Shown one piece after another: positions 21,748 to 33,722 of a DNA stretch of 64,000 nt. Source of the DNA: Minutocellus sp. GHC0000111 (Eukaryota); contig OZ361261.1 of assembly GCA_977018835.1 (NCBI GenBank), positions 1,860,001 through 1,924,000 of the forward strand. Direction: 5' to 3'. Each line of letters starts with the position of its first letter. Within the stretch, counting starts at the first letter, position 1. Below the pieces are notes generated by a model that was not told the DNA's origin, ran no database searches, and saw nothing but the letters and a program-made list of their open reading frames with translations. Both the position numbers and the translations under genes were made by a program.

Positions 21748-23007
21748 TTAGAGCTCGCCACGGGCCTCGGCCTCGGCGCGCTCCTGAAGGATGGTCTTCT
21801 TGATGCCACGGCCCTTGGGGAGGGTGACCTGGGGCTGGTTGGCGGAGCCGATGACGAAGACGTTGCCAAGTCGGGTGGCGAAGGTGTTGCCCTTGGAGTC
21901 CTTGATGGTGACGATGTCGAAGGAACCCTCGTGGCGCTCAATGTGCTGGAGGGTACCAACGCGGCCGGCGTTGCGGCCCTTGGTGAGCATGACCATGGAT
22001 CCGAGCTCGAACTTGAGGATGTCGGACATCTTGCCGGTGGCAATGTCGACCTTGATGGTGTCGTTGACCTTGACGTCGGGGTCGGGGTAGCGGATGGTGC
22101 GTCCGTCGTGGGTGACGAGGACGGGGATCTTCTTGCCGGAGATGAAGACCTTGTTGACACGGCAGAGCTTGTAGGTGGACTCCTCGCGGTTGATGCGGTG
22201 GAGGACGAAGCGGCCCTTGGTGTCGAAGAGGAGGCGGAAGCGGTCGCCGGACTTCTCGAGCTCGATGACGTCCATGAAGCCGGCGGGGTAGTTGAAGTCG
22301 GTGCAGACCTTGCCGTCGACCTTGACGCAGCGCTCCATGCAGATCTGCATGCACTCCTTGCCGGTCAGGGCGTACTTGAGGCGGTCGCGGAGGACGACGG
22401 AGATGGGGAGGCACTCGCGCATCTTGTGGGGGCCAGTGGAGGGGCGGGGAGCCCAAACACCGGCCATCTTGCCGAGGTTCCAGTGACGGGGCGCATTGAG
22501 GCGCTTGAGATGCTTCTTGGGACCGCGAGCCCTGTTAGTTGTTTCAGCGGTGGGATTAGAATGATTTTGTACGAGAGTGTTGTATTGATGATATTACGCG
22601 AGGTAATGTACATCCACATCATCGTTTTTCAATCGTTTTGCAAACAATTTCTATGTCAGGGCATGGTCATGGTCAAGCAATATCATGTGCTCGAAAACAC
22701 ATGGAAAAAAAAGCAATACTGACAATACAAAGAAACACATGGCGCAAGGCTATCGGGGAGAATTCAGAGTGGCTGGGCGTGGGTTTGTCGCCAGTGAGCT
22801 GGCTGGGCCAGTGCTGCCAACCGAGACGGACAAGCTGGGCAGCAGCGGTAACCGGCAAGGCACCTTCGAGCACGTGCCGAGAGACCATCGCCGACGCCAC
22901 CGTCAGCCGACCAGCAAACTGCCCACGCAGCGCAGCCCACATCTGCTTCTCCCTTCCATCCTTGGCCTTTCTTCAATTGCGGTCATGGCAGGCGCAGATA
23001 CGTACAT
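21748..23007 (-). CDS. RPS4: 40S ribosomal protein S4 (eS4); inferred intron 22532-23005
   Basis: [14 protein letters not shown]...[39 protein letters not shown]. Acceptor CTAACAG ends at 22532; donor GTACGT starts at 23005. Confidence 0.95.
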
Positions 23008-23340
23008 GGTTGGATAGACTTCTTCAACAAATTACGTGCAGGAAAAGTAAGGCGGTAGATGGGAAAATGGCGACGTGACTCATAACCCTTTTTGACTTTT
23101 AGAGAATAGGCATTTTGTACTCTTATTCAGTAATAGGGCTAAAGTAATATATAAAGTAGAAATGTAACTAATTTTATCCTGGAAATTAGCACAACCTGCA
23201 CGTGGTTTTACTGCTTTTGATAAAAACGTCAAAACATGAAATCAAATTTTACTTATGCCTTTTCGTTAGTAAGGGTGACGAGGTAAACCACCAGTCCAAC
23301 CCATACCATCTCACAATTCGTCTCTCGTCGTTGTCGATAC
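23008..23340. promoter_or_regulatory. Likely shared bidirectional promoter of RPS4 and RPS13
   Basis: Short AT-rich spacer between divergent first exons, with CACGTG, other ACGT cores and a TATATAAA. Confidence 0.5.
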
Positions 23341-23919
23341 CGTAACTTTACTGGAACGTGAGTTGTGTCGGTGTCTCGGTACCCTCGTGTATTGAGATTG
23401 CTGCCTGCTGCACTATTACAGACCAAGGAGGATGACGGGCCATGCGTTCGCCGCGCCGTCGCGCTGCCGCCATGATGGGGCGTCGTCGCCATTTATCATG
23501 CCGTCGGTCCATCCAACCGAGCCAGCCACCAGCGCCACCCATCCGATCAAAGCCTCGCTGAGTCAGAGAGCTTCCCTCTTCCATGCCCGACTGCCTCATG
23601 CAACTACTGAATCGGACTGTGTCTTCATGATGCGGCGCTGAATTCTCGAGTTTTTCATGTTGTATTGCTCGGTCTGGTCGAGAGAGCTCTCTTATTTTCC
23701 GCATTTTCCGGCTCTTTCGGTATGGGTGGTCCTGGCGCGGGCTTTGGTTGTCTGTGGCGGGCCATGGTGGCGCCCGGCATGCACGCAGGCAGGCAGGCAG
23801 CGCATGCCGTCTCCTCCTTGGGTCTAGTGCAATTGTTTGTTTGATCATTCATTTTTATCGTCCTGCATGTTTTGCTCAACTTTTTCCCACCACGAAATAA
23901 CCTGTTCTTCCAAAACAGC

Positions 23920-24375
23920 ATGGGCCGTCTTCACGCACCTGGAAAGGGCATCTCCAAGTCCGCTCGCCCCTACAAGCGCACTCCCCCCTCGTGGCTCAAG
24001 ATCTCCGCCCAGGAGGTCGAGGAGCACGTCTGCAAGCTCGCCAAGAAGGGCCTCACCCCCTCCCAGATCGGCGTCATCCTCCGTGACTCCAACGGCATCG
24101 CCCAGGTCAAGTCCGTCACCGGCCAGAAGATCGTCCGCATCCTCAAGGCCCACGGCCTTGCCCCCGAGATCCCCGAGGATCTTTACATGCTCATCAAGAA
24201 GGCCGTCCAGGTCCGCAAGCATCTTGAGCGCAACCGCAAGGACAAGGACTCCAAGTTCCGTCTCATTCTCATCGAGTCCCGTATCCACCGTCTCGCTCGT
24301 TACTACCGTACCACCCGCAAGCTCCCTCCCAACTGGAAGTATGAGTCCGCCACCGCCTCTACCATGGTCGCCTAA
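23920..24375 (+). CDS. RPS13: 40S ribosomal protein S13 (uS15); probable 5'-UTR intron 23358-23918
   Basis: [15 protein letters not shown]...[14 protein letters not shown]...[26 protein letters not shown] donor at 23358 and CAG acceptor 1 nt before the ATG. Confidence 0.97.
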   Translation: MGRLHAPGKGISKSARPYKRTPPSWLKISAQEVEEHVCKLAKKGLTPSQIGVILRDSNGIAQVKSVTGQKIVRILKAHGLAPEIPEDLYMLIKKAVQVRKHLERNRKDKDSKFRLILIESRIHRLARYYRTTRKLPPNWKYESATASTMVA

Positions 24376-24769
24376 ACAAGTTTGCCTTGTTTAGGTTGCC
24401 AAGGGGAACCCGGCAACATATAATAAAAAGAAGAGGCCCCAATTTGCAGCCGGGTGGGCCTAGGTTGTTGCTATCGTTGTTCTTGGAGCCATGTAACAAT
24501 CTTAGTCAATCGGCTGCAAAAACAGCAACTTAATTTTTATATAGAACTTTGTACACTAGAAACTATTCTCTAATATGGTGTGAAACAACAAAACGAGTTC
24601 GGGATCGTACCCCTGATATCTCAGGCTATCTACCGGTACAGACCTGGCTGGTTCCTCCATCACTTTGGAAAACTAGCGAAACTCTCCAAGATATTGTGAG
24701 ACAACGAAACAAGAACGGAATCTTCTCCTATCCTTGAATACTGCATGTAGTATAACAATACCATGTCAT

Positions 24770-26638
24770 TTACTGACTTGGTTCCTCATCGCCCTGGCTG
24801 ATATCGATGCCAGAGCTCAGAGGGGCATTCCTGCTCATGCGAGAGTACTCGAGTGAATTCCGAGCGGTATCAAATTTGGATGCATTCGCAGTCTGCTCGA
24901 CCCAGTTTTTAATCGGAGGAAATAGATTCAACAACACTCCAAAGATGGCAATGCCAAACATCAACCACCAATAGCGATACACTGAGGCTTGTGTGTAGAG
25001 TTCGAGAGTGCTAAGGTCGGTCGTTCCAGCGTCGTTGGTAAACCAGCTTCGGCATGCATTGTAGAGGGCAACGGCGATGAAGTTAGTGACGCCAATGAGA
25101 ATGAAGATATTCAGAGCCGACGCGAGGCCTTTATTTTGCTTTGGCGAGATGGTAAAGGCAGCTTCATAAGCCGCGCTAATGCTGAATATTTCGGCAGCAC
25201 CGATTGGAACATAGGCAAATATCTGCCACATGATCGAGATGGGTTCTCCGGTGGCCTGATACACCTTGCGAATCTGATATTCAATAATCAAGATCACAGC
25301 AATGGCCAGGGTACCAAATGAAGTACCAATTGCAAACTTCGTGGCGATTGGCAGGTATATGCCTCGTTTTGTAAGGGAGGGGTAAAACACACGGCCTGCC
25401 AAGAGACCAAAGACGATGACGGAAATTGCATCAAAATTTTGCATCAGTGCAGGATCAAATGGCCCAGCAGGTTTCATAACTTCGCCTTGCGTAATGAACA
25501 CGGTAGATAGCTGGTTGTATACGAGGGTGAAGGGCATGACCAGAGCGGAGACGGGAATAACGTAGAGTAATCTTCGGACACTCTCCAAAAAAGAATCGTC
25601 ATATTTTCCACCACTGGATTCCTTGAGCTTGTCAAGGCCGGGCAGAGAGGGTTTGATTGTTCGCTCGGAACTTTCTTCTCCAGCACCACCTCCTCCTACC
25701 GTCTTGGAAGACCAGCAAAACAATGAACCGACCATGATCTTGAGAGTGTTTATCATGACCTTGCCATTTGCTTTCATAAGAATATAACGCTTCGTGCCAA
25801 GGAGGAATATGATGAGCGCCAATGTCAGGCCACAAACAGGAATCATGTAAGCAGCAAAGGCATCATGCTTCACAACGCTCGGAACGACGAAGCCACCGAC
25901 CAAGGCACCGATGTTGATGCAAAGATAGAAGTTAATGTAGTATTGCTCGATGAACGATGATTGGAGAACTGGGTGGTATTGTTTGGCACCCATGACATTG
26001 ACGACGGACTTGATGGCTCCTGCTCCCATCGGGTAGAGGGCCAGTAACGATGCCGTCAGGGCGCCAAGGTTGAAGGTTTCCCCAAGAAGGTACGGGTACG
26101 CCGTAAGCGCAAGGAGGAGCAGGCCTGGAATATAGAAGATAAATACACCTCCTACAATGACCCAGTAATCGCCGAGCCACACATCCGCAAGTATGCCCCC
26201 AATAAACGGCATCGTGTATGTAAGACCAGTCGAAGTACTGATGAAGGTGCTAGCCTGGATGCTGGTCAAATTAGCATTCCATTCAGAGTTGTACGCTCCG
26301 GTGAGATAAAGTTCTTGAGTGAAGGCGACGCCGTAGTATGAGAATCTCTCAAGTGCTTCGATGAGCAGAATAAAGACGACGGAGTAGAAAAGCGGGCGGA
26401 GAACGTGATTGTACGTATTGCCAAACTCGTCGGCTGATTGTAGCGGATGAGTTGGATCATCGCTCAGATATTCCTTGGGAATTGTTGACAACTGATCCTC
26501 ACTGTCGACGTCGGTGGGAATTTTAACATCTTCCCCGGTATACTCGGCGTCTGCGGTCTTGTCAAGACTACTCCGTGCCTTGGGAGGTGCCGCCTCCTCG
26601 AGGTCGACGTCGGTAATGGGCTGAACAGATGAGCTCAT
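24770..26638 (-). CDS. Proton-dependent oligopeptide transporter (POT/PTR/NPF family)
   Basis: ExxERFxYY motif (EALERFSYYG), GGILADVWLG, FYLCINIGALVG, about 12 hydrophobic segments. Confidence 0.93.
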   Translation of the reverse strand: MSSSVQPITDVDLEEAAPPKARSSLDKTADAEYTGEDVKIPTDVDSEDQLSTIPKEYLSDDPTHPLQSADEFGNTYNHVLRPLFYSVVFILLIEALERFSYYGVAFTQELYLTGAYNSEWNANLTSIQASTFISTSTGLTYTMPFIGGILADVWLGDYWVIVGGVFIFYIPGLLLLALTAYPYLLGETFNLGALTASLLALYPMGAGAIKSVVNVMGAKQYHPVLQSSFIEQYYINFYLCINIGALVGGFVVPSVVKHDAFAAYMIPVCGLTLALIIFLLGTKRYILMKANGKVMINTLKIMVGSLFCWSSKTVGGGGAGEESSERTIKPSLPGLDKLKESSGGKYDDSFLESVRRLLYVIPVSALVMPFTLVYNQLSTVFITQGEVMKPAGPFDPALMQNFDAISVIVFGLLAGRVFYPSLTKRGIYLPIATKFAIGTSFGTLAIAVILIIEYQIRKVYQATGEPISIMWQIFAYVPIGAAEIFSISAAYEAAFTISPKQNKGLASALNIFILIGVTNFIAVALYNACRSWFTNDAGTTDLSTLELYTQASVYRYWWLMFGIAIFGVLLNLFPPIKNWVEQTANASKFDTARNSLEYSRMSRNAPLSSGIDISQGDEEPSQ

Positions 26639-27204
26639 TTTGAGTTGCGATGCACTGAAAACTTTTACTTCGGAGCTCCTATTGTTGTATCCATGCAGAA
26701 TAGCTGATGGACAAAGCTGCTAATTAGATGCTTGCAGGCGAGATATCGCGAACTTGATCAAAGCGAAGCGGCTTGATTTGATTGATCAGAAGAAAGATGC
26801 ATGAAACATTTGGCCGAGCGGAAAGTCGGAAAACGCGCAGTCATTTCTCTCAGCAATCGGTCTTCGAGGGCACAGTCGCCGTCTTTTTAGTCGGACCTCA
26901 ACGCTCTCGCTGCTGCTCTCGCCACCACAGTCATCAGATGCTTTCTTGCATCTAGCAGCTCTGCAGGCGAGAGCAAACCAAAACAAACGAATACATGCGC
27001 AAAATGAGAAAGCCACCAAAGCAAGAGACGACGAAATGCCGGAAGAGTGGCACCCAACGGACGCTCCTCGCGGCAGCGAAGGGAAAATACTCGTGATGTA
27101 ATTCCTTCTATAATTAATTGTAAGTTCAGCTCTCATCATCGACAGACAATTGTAGAAAGGCCAAAGTACATATAAGAAAGACATCTCGTCGTCCGGATTG
27201 CAAG

Positions 27205-29653
27205 ATGTCAAAAAAGTTGCAAAAAATGATTGCACCCTTTCTCATCATCGCCATGGCCGGGCGTGCTGCGGCCGCAGGCTCGATGAAGCTTTCGTCTCCA
27301 ATCACACTCCACGTTGCACCCTTGAATCCTAACTCCAAGTCCATCGCTGTGGACGAAAACTTCGAACATAAGTGCAGCTGTATCGGAGATAACATGGAGC
27401 CGTCCCCTTTTGCTGCTTTCATTGACGGTGAAAATGTTCCAGCATGCATTGTCACTTTAGTCTGTTCCACTATCTTGATTACGGCGCATCATCCTGATTT
27501 AGGCTCCTCGCAGTTTGAAGTTGACATCAACGAGACGATTACAGAAAGCGTCGTTGAAGTCCATCTTGTTTTTGGCGAAGAACATGCCATTGCAATTGAT
27601 GCCGATGCCGTGGATGATAGTATCTCCGCCGATCAAGTTGCTCCATCAAACGATATGTGTGAGAATGCCGCTGCTTTGAGCGAAGGTTTTCCAACAATCG
27701 GTTCAACGATCGACGCGACCTTTGACAATGTTGGAACTTGCGGAACAAGCAACACATCTCCAGGAGTCTGGTACTCATTTGTACCAGACGTATCAGAATA
27801 TATTGTTGCTTCAACCTGTTCTCTCCTTACTAGTTATGACAGCAAAATCAGTATTTTTACTGGATCGTGCAGCTCTCTTTCTTGTATAGACGGCAACGAT
27901 GACAATTGGGGATGTGGCTTTCGATCAGAGGTGACATTTTTTGCCGAAGCTGGCATTGAGTACTCTATTCTTGTTCATGGCTATGAAGGCGACACTGGTA
28001 ACTTTGAGATTGCCCTTTCACCCATTCGCATTGCAAATGACGTGTGCCAAAATGCCATCGAGTTGAGCGCAGGATCAAGCATCGCCGGGTCAACGATCGG
28101 GGCTAGCAGTGAAGGAGTTGCAGTATGTGGCACGTCCAATTCACCAGGTGGTAGAGGCATATGGTACTTGTACGAAGCAAAAGAAACGGAGCTTGTAACC
28201 GTATCGACCTGCAGCTTTGCTGATTTCGATACCACACTTAGTGTCTATTCTGGGTCCTGCGATTCTTTTACCTGTGTAGATGGAAATGACGATGCATGCC
28301 CCGAATTTAGATCAACTGTCAATTTTTTGGCAGATGCCGGTATCAAATACTACATCCTTGTTGATGGCTTTCAAGGCGACACAAGTGATTTTGAACTCAC
28401 AATCTCTTCTGTCACACAAGGATCTACCTGTGACCCTTATCCCTTTTTTGCGACACAATTAGTGGCATCCTAGACAGTGTTGGGAATTCGTATGATGTGG
28501 TGATTGGACCAGGTGGCAGCATTCTACAAAATAGTCCGCCCGGTGTTCTTATAGGTGACTACGATCGCACTGATTCCAACGACGTTCTACGATACAATGG
28601 AGGCAGTTCTTGCATAGGCACAGTACGAGTCGTTGAGTCAAATGTTCCGGGCCCCACGACAGAAGTCTTTGAGCACGAAATAGATAACGTTTGCGCCTAC
28701 GAATTCATTCATACAGTTCCTTCTTGCTTGAGTGAGCCCGAGGCTAGCATCGTTCCAAACTACTGGGTCCCACAACTCGATAAGCCCGGACTATCTTGTG
28801 ACCATGTGCGAATCAAGATTCCTGACCACGGAGAATACACGTGCCTATCGACTGGCGAAGCGATATGCCGAGACAATGGGGGCACGATTGGCAAGTGGCT
28901 GTTTGGCGTTGACGAGATCGATATGCCGAAATGTATCAGTGACTCGTGTATTATCCAGAACGGCATCAATACTTTCCCTACTCTTATCGACCCTGACACC
29001 GACAAGTATCCTGTCACTGGAACGACTTACACCGACAGTGAGACGGGCGAAGTATGCAAGAATCCCAGCGGTGAAGCCATTCGAGGGTGTAAGTAGTTCA
29101 TCTGTACTTTGGACAATCGAATATATATCACAGGTTGTGCTCACATTTGACATCTCTATCTCTATTCTTTTATCCTGAATGAACAGGTAACTGCGCCGGC
29201 ACTACGCACATATGCATCGGCGAAAACAACCAGGCCGATGCAAATAGATACTCCCCCGAACGTCCATATCTTTTCTTCTACGATGAGAAGAGCAATCGGT
29301 TCCTCTACCAACTTGTCTGTGACGGTATTGGAGAAGAAGGCAAGCTGCCTCAACTGAAAATGGTCAACAACGAGGGCCTCAATCAGGACATGTACTTGGA
29401 TTATCCCGTTGACATTAGCAAGTTCAAGAAGGGACCGACCGCTGATCCTGACGATGACAACGAATTGTGGAAACTATTCGTTGACCGCGATGGCAGCAAT
29501 GATCTTGCCGCTTTCATCGACACCGTTGATCCCAAGTTGTGCAAGCAATATGTTTCGCCGACGACCAGGGCTTGTTGGAAGGAAGATTGCGATGCCGCTG
29601 ATGCCAATGTTGCTACGCCGGCTGCTTACGAAAGAGCCAACTGCGAGTTTTAA
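27205..29653 (+). CDS. Putative secreted Cys-rich protein with two tandem ND-x-C beta-sandwich-like repeats (interrupted model)
   Basis: Two copies of about 120 aa: NDxC..A...GST..A...CGTS...G.WY....STC....D...S...GSC....C.DGNDD. Continues through ORFs 28497-29096 and 29360-29653 via a T-run frame break (about 28445), a likely intron (GTAAGT at 29089) and another break near 29350. Confidence 0.55.
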
Positions 29654-30217
29654 GGAGTCCGGTATTTGTCTTTGTTTTGTATTGAAAATGGAAAACTAGT
29701 TGTTCCGTCGGGATCTAAATAAAAATGCACCAATATTTAGAGTTGATCCTTTGCGATTCAATAGAACAAAAACTTTGAACTCGGTTCCCACGTTATCGTG
29801 CCAACGCTTTCGAGCCGAGTCTTTCCACGATCGTAGATGAAACCCTAATTGATTTCATACTGCTCATGCCTCGATCAGTGGCCGCTATGGATGAAGCCAA
29901 AACTCGTACGCCAACTGAACTAAAGGCGAAAGAAACACTGAGCGTCAGAATGAAGCCACCAAAGAAGAAGCAGCCGACGATGGCGACTCCCCCCAGCAAG
30001 AAATCTGGAGAGAGAAAATCTCCACGTAGGAAAGTTATTTCCGGCCGTCGTAAGAACTCGACCAAGTTCACATCTCTGAAGATGGCCGAGAACTGGGCCG
30101 ATGCGCTCGATGGAAATCTATGGATTCATGACAAGGCCGAGAAACAAATCCAGACTGTTCCGGCCGTTCCCAAAGAGATAATAATCCTCCGCCCTAGCAA
30201 TGCAGATTAAATCCTAG

Positions 30218-30914
30218 CTAATAGACCTCGCCTCTGGACACAGCACCACAAGCATTTGGTAGTTGATCTGTCGGCGCCCAGCTATATAGTCCCCCACGCC
30301 GATCCAAGTGGATAAAATCTGCCAAAGGGATGGTGGCGTTTGAATCAGTTGGGCTTGCAGAGCTAATATCCTCCCCCAAAATTGATACTCGAATGGGCGG
30401 AGCATTTCCCCCTTGATCAACTTGCACGATCTTGAAGTTATCCCAGCCGACTCCCACTCCAAAAAAGCTATCGCAGATCTCAAAAGAATGTTTGTCACCC
30501 TTGAAGAGTACAACCGGAACGTCGTATCGCTCGAAAGAGTTTCGGATTAGTTGCAGTGAATTCTGGGACAGATCGGACTTGGTCAAGGCATGAGAAAATA
30601 TGACGACCGCGCGTGTTCTCCCGCTCGAAATGCTCTCACCGTGCTTTTGAATCTGTTCCACGATCCAAGCATCGTTATCAGCCATCCGTGCAGCTGTGCG
30701 ACTATCCTTGCCGCCCCCCAGCCAGTGCAAGCTAAAGAAGAGTACCCCCTGAGTTACAAACGAAAAATTTTCCTCACGAATTGCTTGGCGCTCCACCGCA
30801 GATCCTTGAAAGGGTGCAAACTTAGCAGTCCCATTCCAATTATTTTCAAAGGCCATGAAGTGCTTCTCCCATAGCTTCAATGCCGCACCGCGGCTAGGAC
30901 AATCGTTCCAGTCG
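30218..30914 (-). CDS. Calcineurin-like metallophosphoesterase, C-terminal exon only
   Basis: DWNDC, ENFSF, VVIFSHA and GDKH motifs. The exon starts after a pyrimidine-rich TAG acceptor; exons with the first metal-binding motifs were not found. Confidence 0.55.
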
Positions 30915-30987
30915 CTATGATGGGATAAAAATGAAGGCAAAGGTGAGATCATATCTACGAATTTATTGCCGGTATCGATAGAAATAA

Positions 30988-33574
30988 AATATAAAAATTG
31001 CGCCTGCTACTGCTACCACCACGAACAGGACGAGCAGCACTAGATCTCGCTTCCCCCGAGGCGCGGGTCCGGGCGCGTACCACGTTGTCCCTCGGACCAG
31101 GGCGTCCCTCACCGGCGCCCCTACGGGTACTTCTTCGAGCAGCATTGGCAGTGGTGGCGGCAGTGCCGTTCACGTGGACACGGAGAGCGTGAGGACGGAC
31201 GAGGCGGAGGTTATGGCGGCTACAGCAGTGGAAACCCAGCCTAGTAACACACGAAGCTCCGAGCCCTCAGCCTCGGCCGATAGGGACATTATGCTGCCGG
31301 TCCCGAATGGCTTCGTCCAGCAACAACGACGAACGACGTCACAACGCCAAAGCGAGACGAATGCTACTGCTGGTAGCGGGCGGAACAGCAGCAGCCGGAG
31401 GAGTTCCTTCGCCACGTCGTCGGTGCCCGGGGCCCATCCGGTCGATGGTATCAACAGTGGCACTAGCGGGGGTGGCATCGGCATTGGCGGCAGCAGGCGA
31501 AGTTGTTCAGCCAGCACAAACGACATCACCACAGCTGCAACCGGCGGCTCGGCGTCAGGTTCGGGCAGAGCATCGTCCTCGTCGGTAGGAGTTGGCGACG
31601 TGGAGAGCGGTGGCGAGGCTCAGGTGGACGTTGCCGTGGATCCCGAGGTGACCGCAACGGCGTATCTGGTCGAAGATCGACAAGAGTTGGAGGATCTGCC
31701 CTCCGCGGAGATTGTGGATCTGGACGAAATACGACCTCCGCCCGGGCCGTTTCATCGTCGGAGGGAGGGACGCGTCACCCTCTTGGTCATTGGAGTTCTC
31801 CTACTGGCACTGGCCATCATCCTTGGAGTGTTGCTGACCAATGGCTCGTCCAGCTCCGCGGAATCGTTGGAAGACAATATCGCCACCGAAATGCCGACGC
31901 AGGCACCGACCTTCGATCCACGCCCGACGTTGGAGGCCGTGCAGAGCCGAGGCGTTGTCCGATGCGGCATCGAAGAGGCAGCCGGTGGTGCAGTCCGATT
32001 CGGACAGTACACCACAGACATGTGCCAGAGTCTAGCGGCCGCCGTCCTGGGCGATCCCTCCAGGGTCAGGTTGGTGCCCGTGGGAGACGACGATAGGTAT
32101 CGGCGTCTGCTAGACCGAGATGTCGATGTGCTCTATGCCGGTGACACAATTACGCTCGAAAAATTGGTCCGAGAGTCATCCACTGGATCTGGTCTCGCAT
32201 TTGGATATCCCTACTACCAGGCAGCGGTCGTATACGCCGGTCTTCCTTCCTTCGTCCAGTGCGCCAACAACCAGAAGCGGCATGACGAGTGCAATGATCT
32301 GTCGATCTGTGCCGTCGAAACACCCGAGATCCGTTCTCTCATTACCTCGTTTTTCCCCACATCTTTCGTCACCTTTGGCTTGTTCCCAGCTATGGAAGCT
32401 TCTCTCCGATCAGGAGCGTGCAATGTCATCGTTTCGGATACCTACCGTCTATCAGGTTCCAGTTTGCAAGAAGATATTGATAGCGGACGATACATTATAT
32501 CGGACTACTACATCTCTCGTAACTTGATCTCGAGTGTGGTTCGTCTCGGTGACCCGGTGTGGTACGATGTGGTGGAGGGTACGCGACTTACTGGTTTTCG
32601 AGCCAGTCAGATCGGTTTGTACCAAGACCTCGACAGATGTCCTGCCGACCCATCATCTTCGGGCACCGACGCTGGAGTTGCCGGAGTTTCTTTCTACAAC
32701 GCTACAATGTGCGTTGGCAATGCCGTCGAAGTGTTCCAACGAAGTCTGGGTCAGACCGTGCTGAGCTATGGAACATACCTTCCCATTATAGATGCGCCCA
32801 ATTTTGGATCGTTGGAGTGCAACGACTGTCCTGGAGTCGAAGGGCGGACTACAAGAAATCAATGATCGCGGCCATTTGAATTGTGCTGTTTACCTCAATC
32901 CGATGTACAACCTTACGCTCTCAAGCCTCGCAACACTGGTCAATGTCAAATTTTGCGAATTGTTGGCTGTGGCAATTTTCCAGGGCAAAGCTGATGCTGT
33001 GAATGTTACCTACATCGACGAGATGCACTATTCGGTATTTCCGCAAGAATTCGACGTCGTTGCTGGAGCTGGATTTGAGAGCAAAGTCGGCTGGGATGTC
33101 AAAAACGCCGGCTCCATGAGTTTCAGTTGGCCTTATTTCGTCCATGACAAGTACCAATATGGAGGGTCTGTCTACGATGGAGTTGGTCTATTCATCTCAT
33201 TCGCTATTGACAACGACAACTCGTCGCTTATTTTCGTTGCGACTGCTGTAATCATTGCTACAATGTACGCCCAAAGGCAAGGGATTACCAGAGAATCATC
33301 TTTCGACATGCCCCTTATCCACACATTCGGAGATGGGCTCACCTTCATGCTGCGCGATGTAATTTCTTACGGTGGTAACTACGATGATATCCTCTCCGAG
33401 GCGCTTTCGAGCTCTGATGGAACGGCAGTTCGTGGGTGGAATGTCGTGATTCCAAACTACTTCCTGGCGGCCAAGACCCCCGTGTCATACTGCGATTACA
33501 CTGGCAACTGCCCTCCATGTGAATGGTTGCTGTTTGATGGGACCTACATATGTATTAGCGTAGGACCTTACTAA
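30988..33574 (+). CDS. Membrane-anchored protein with bacterial amino-acid ABC solute-binding-like (AapJ/BztA-type) domains; 5' end missing, frame break at about 32835
   Basis: Disordered N-terminus with PGAY/PGAH motifs, TM helix VTLLVIGVLLLALAIILGVLL, then TLEAVQSRGVVRCGI...DMCQSLAAAVLGD and a second LQEINDRGHLNCAV...FCELLAVAIF...GGNYDDI. Confidence 0.7.
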
Positions 33575-33722
33575 CTCATTGTTCTAAATCTTTTATGTAA
33601 AGTTACATTTCGAGTAACTTCAGATCTGCTGAGTATCGGTTGAGATCAACCTCACATCTCGAGGCTTCCGAGCGCAAGGAATGATAGGAACCCCAAATCA
33701 TAAAAAATAATTCCTTAATTGT

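Noticed and set aside
22535..22625. Box C/D snoRNA in the RPS4 intron
   Set aside because: Imperfect C box, CTGA too close to the acceptor, no terminal stem or recognisable guide.
29866..30210. 114-aa basic ORF
   Set aside because: No recognisable motif or other support for coding.
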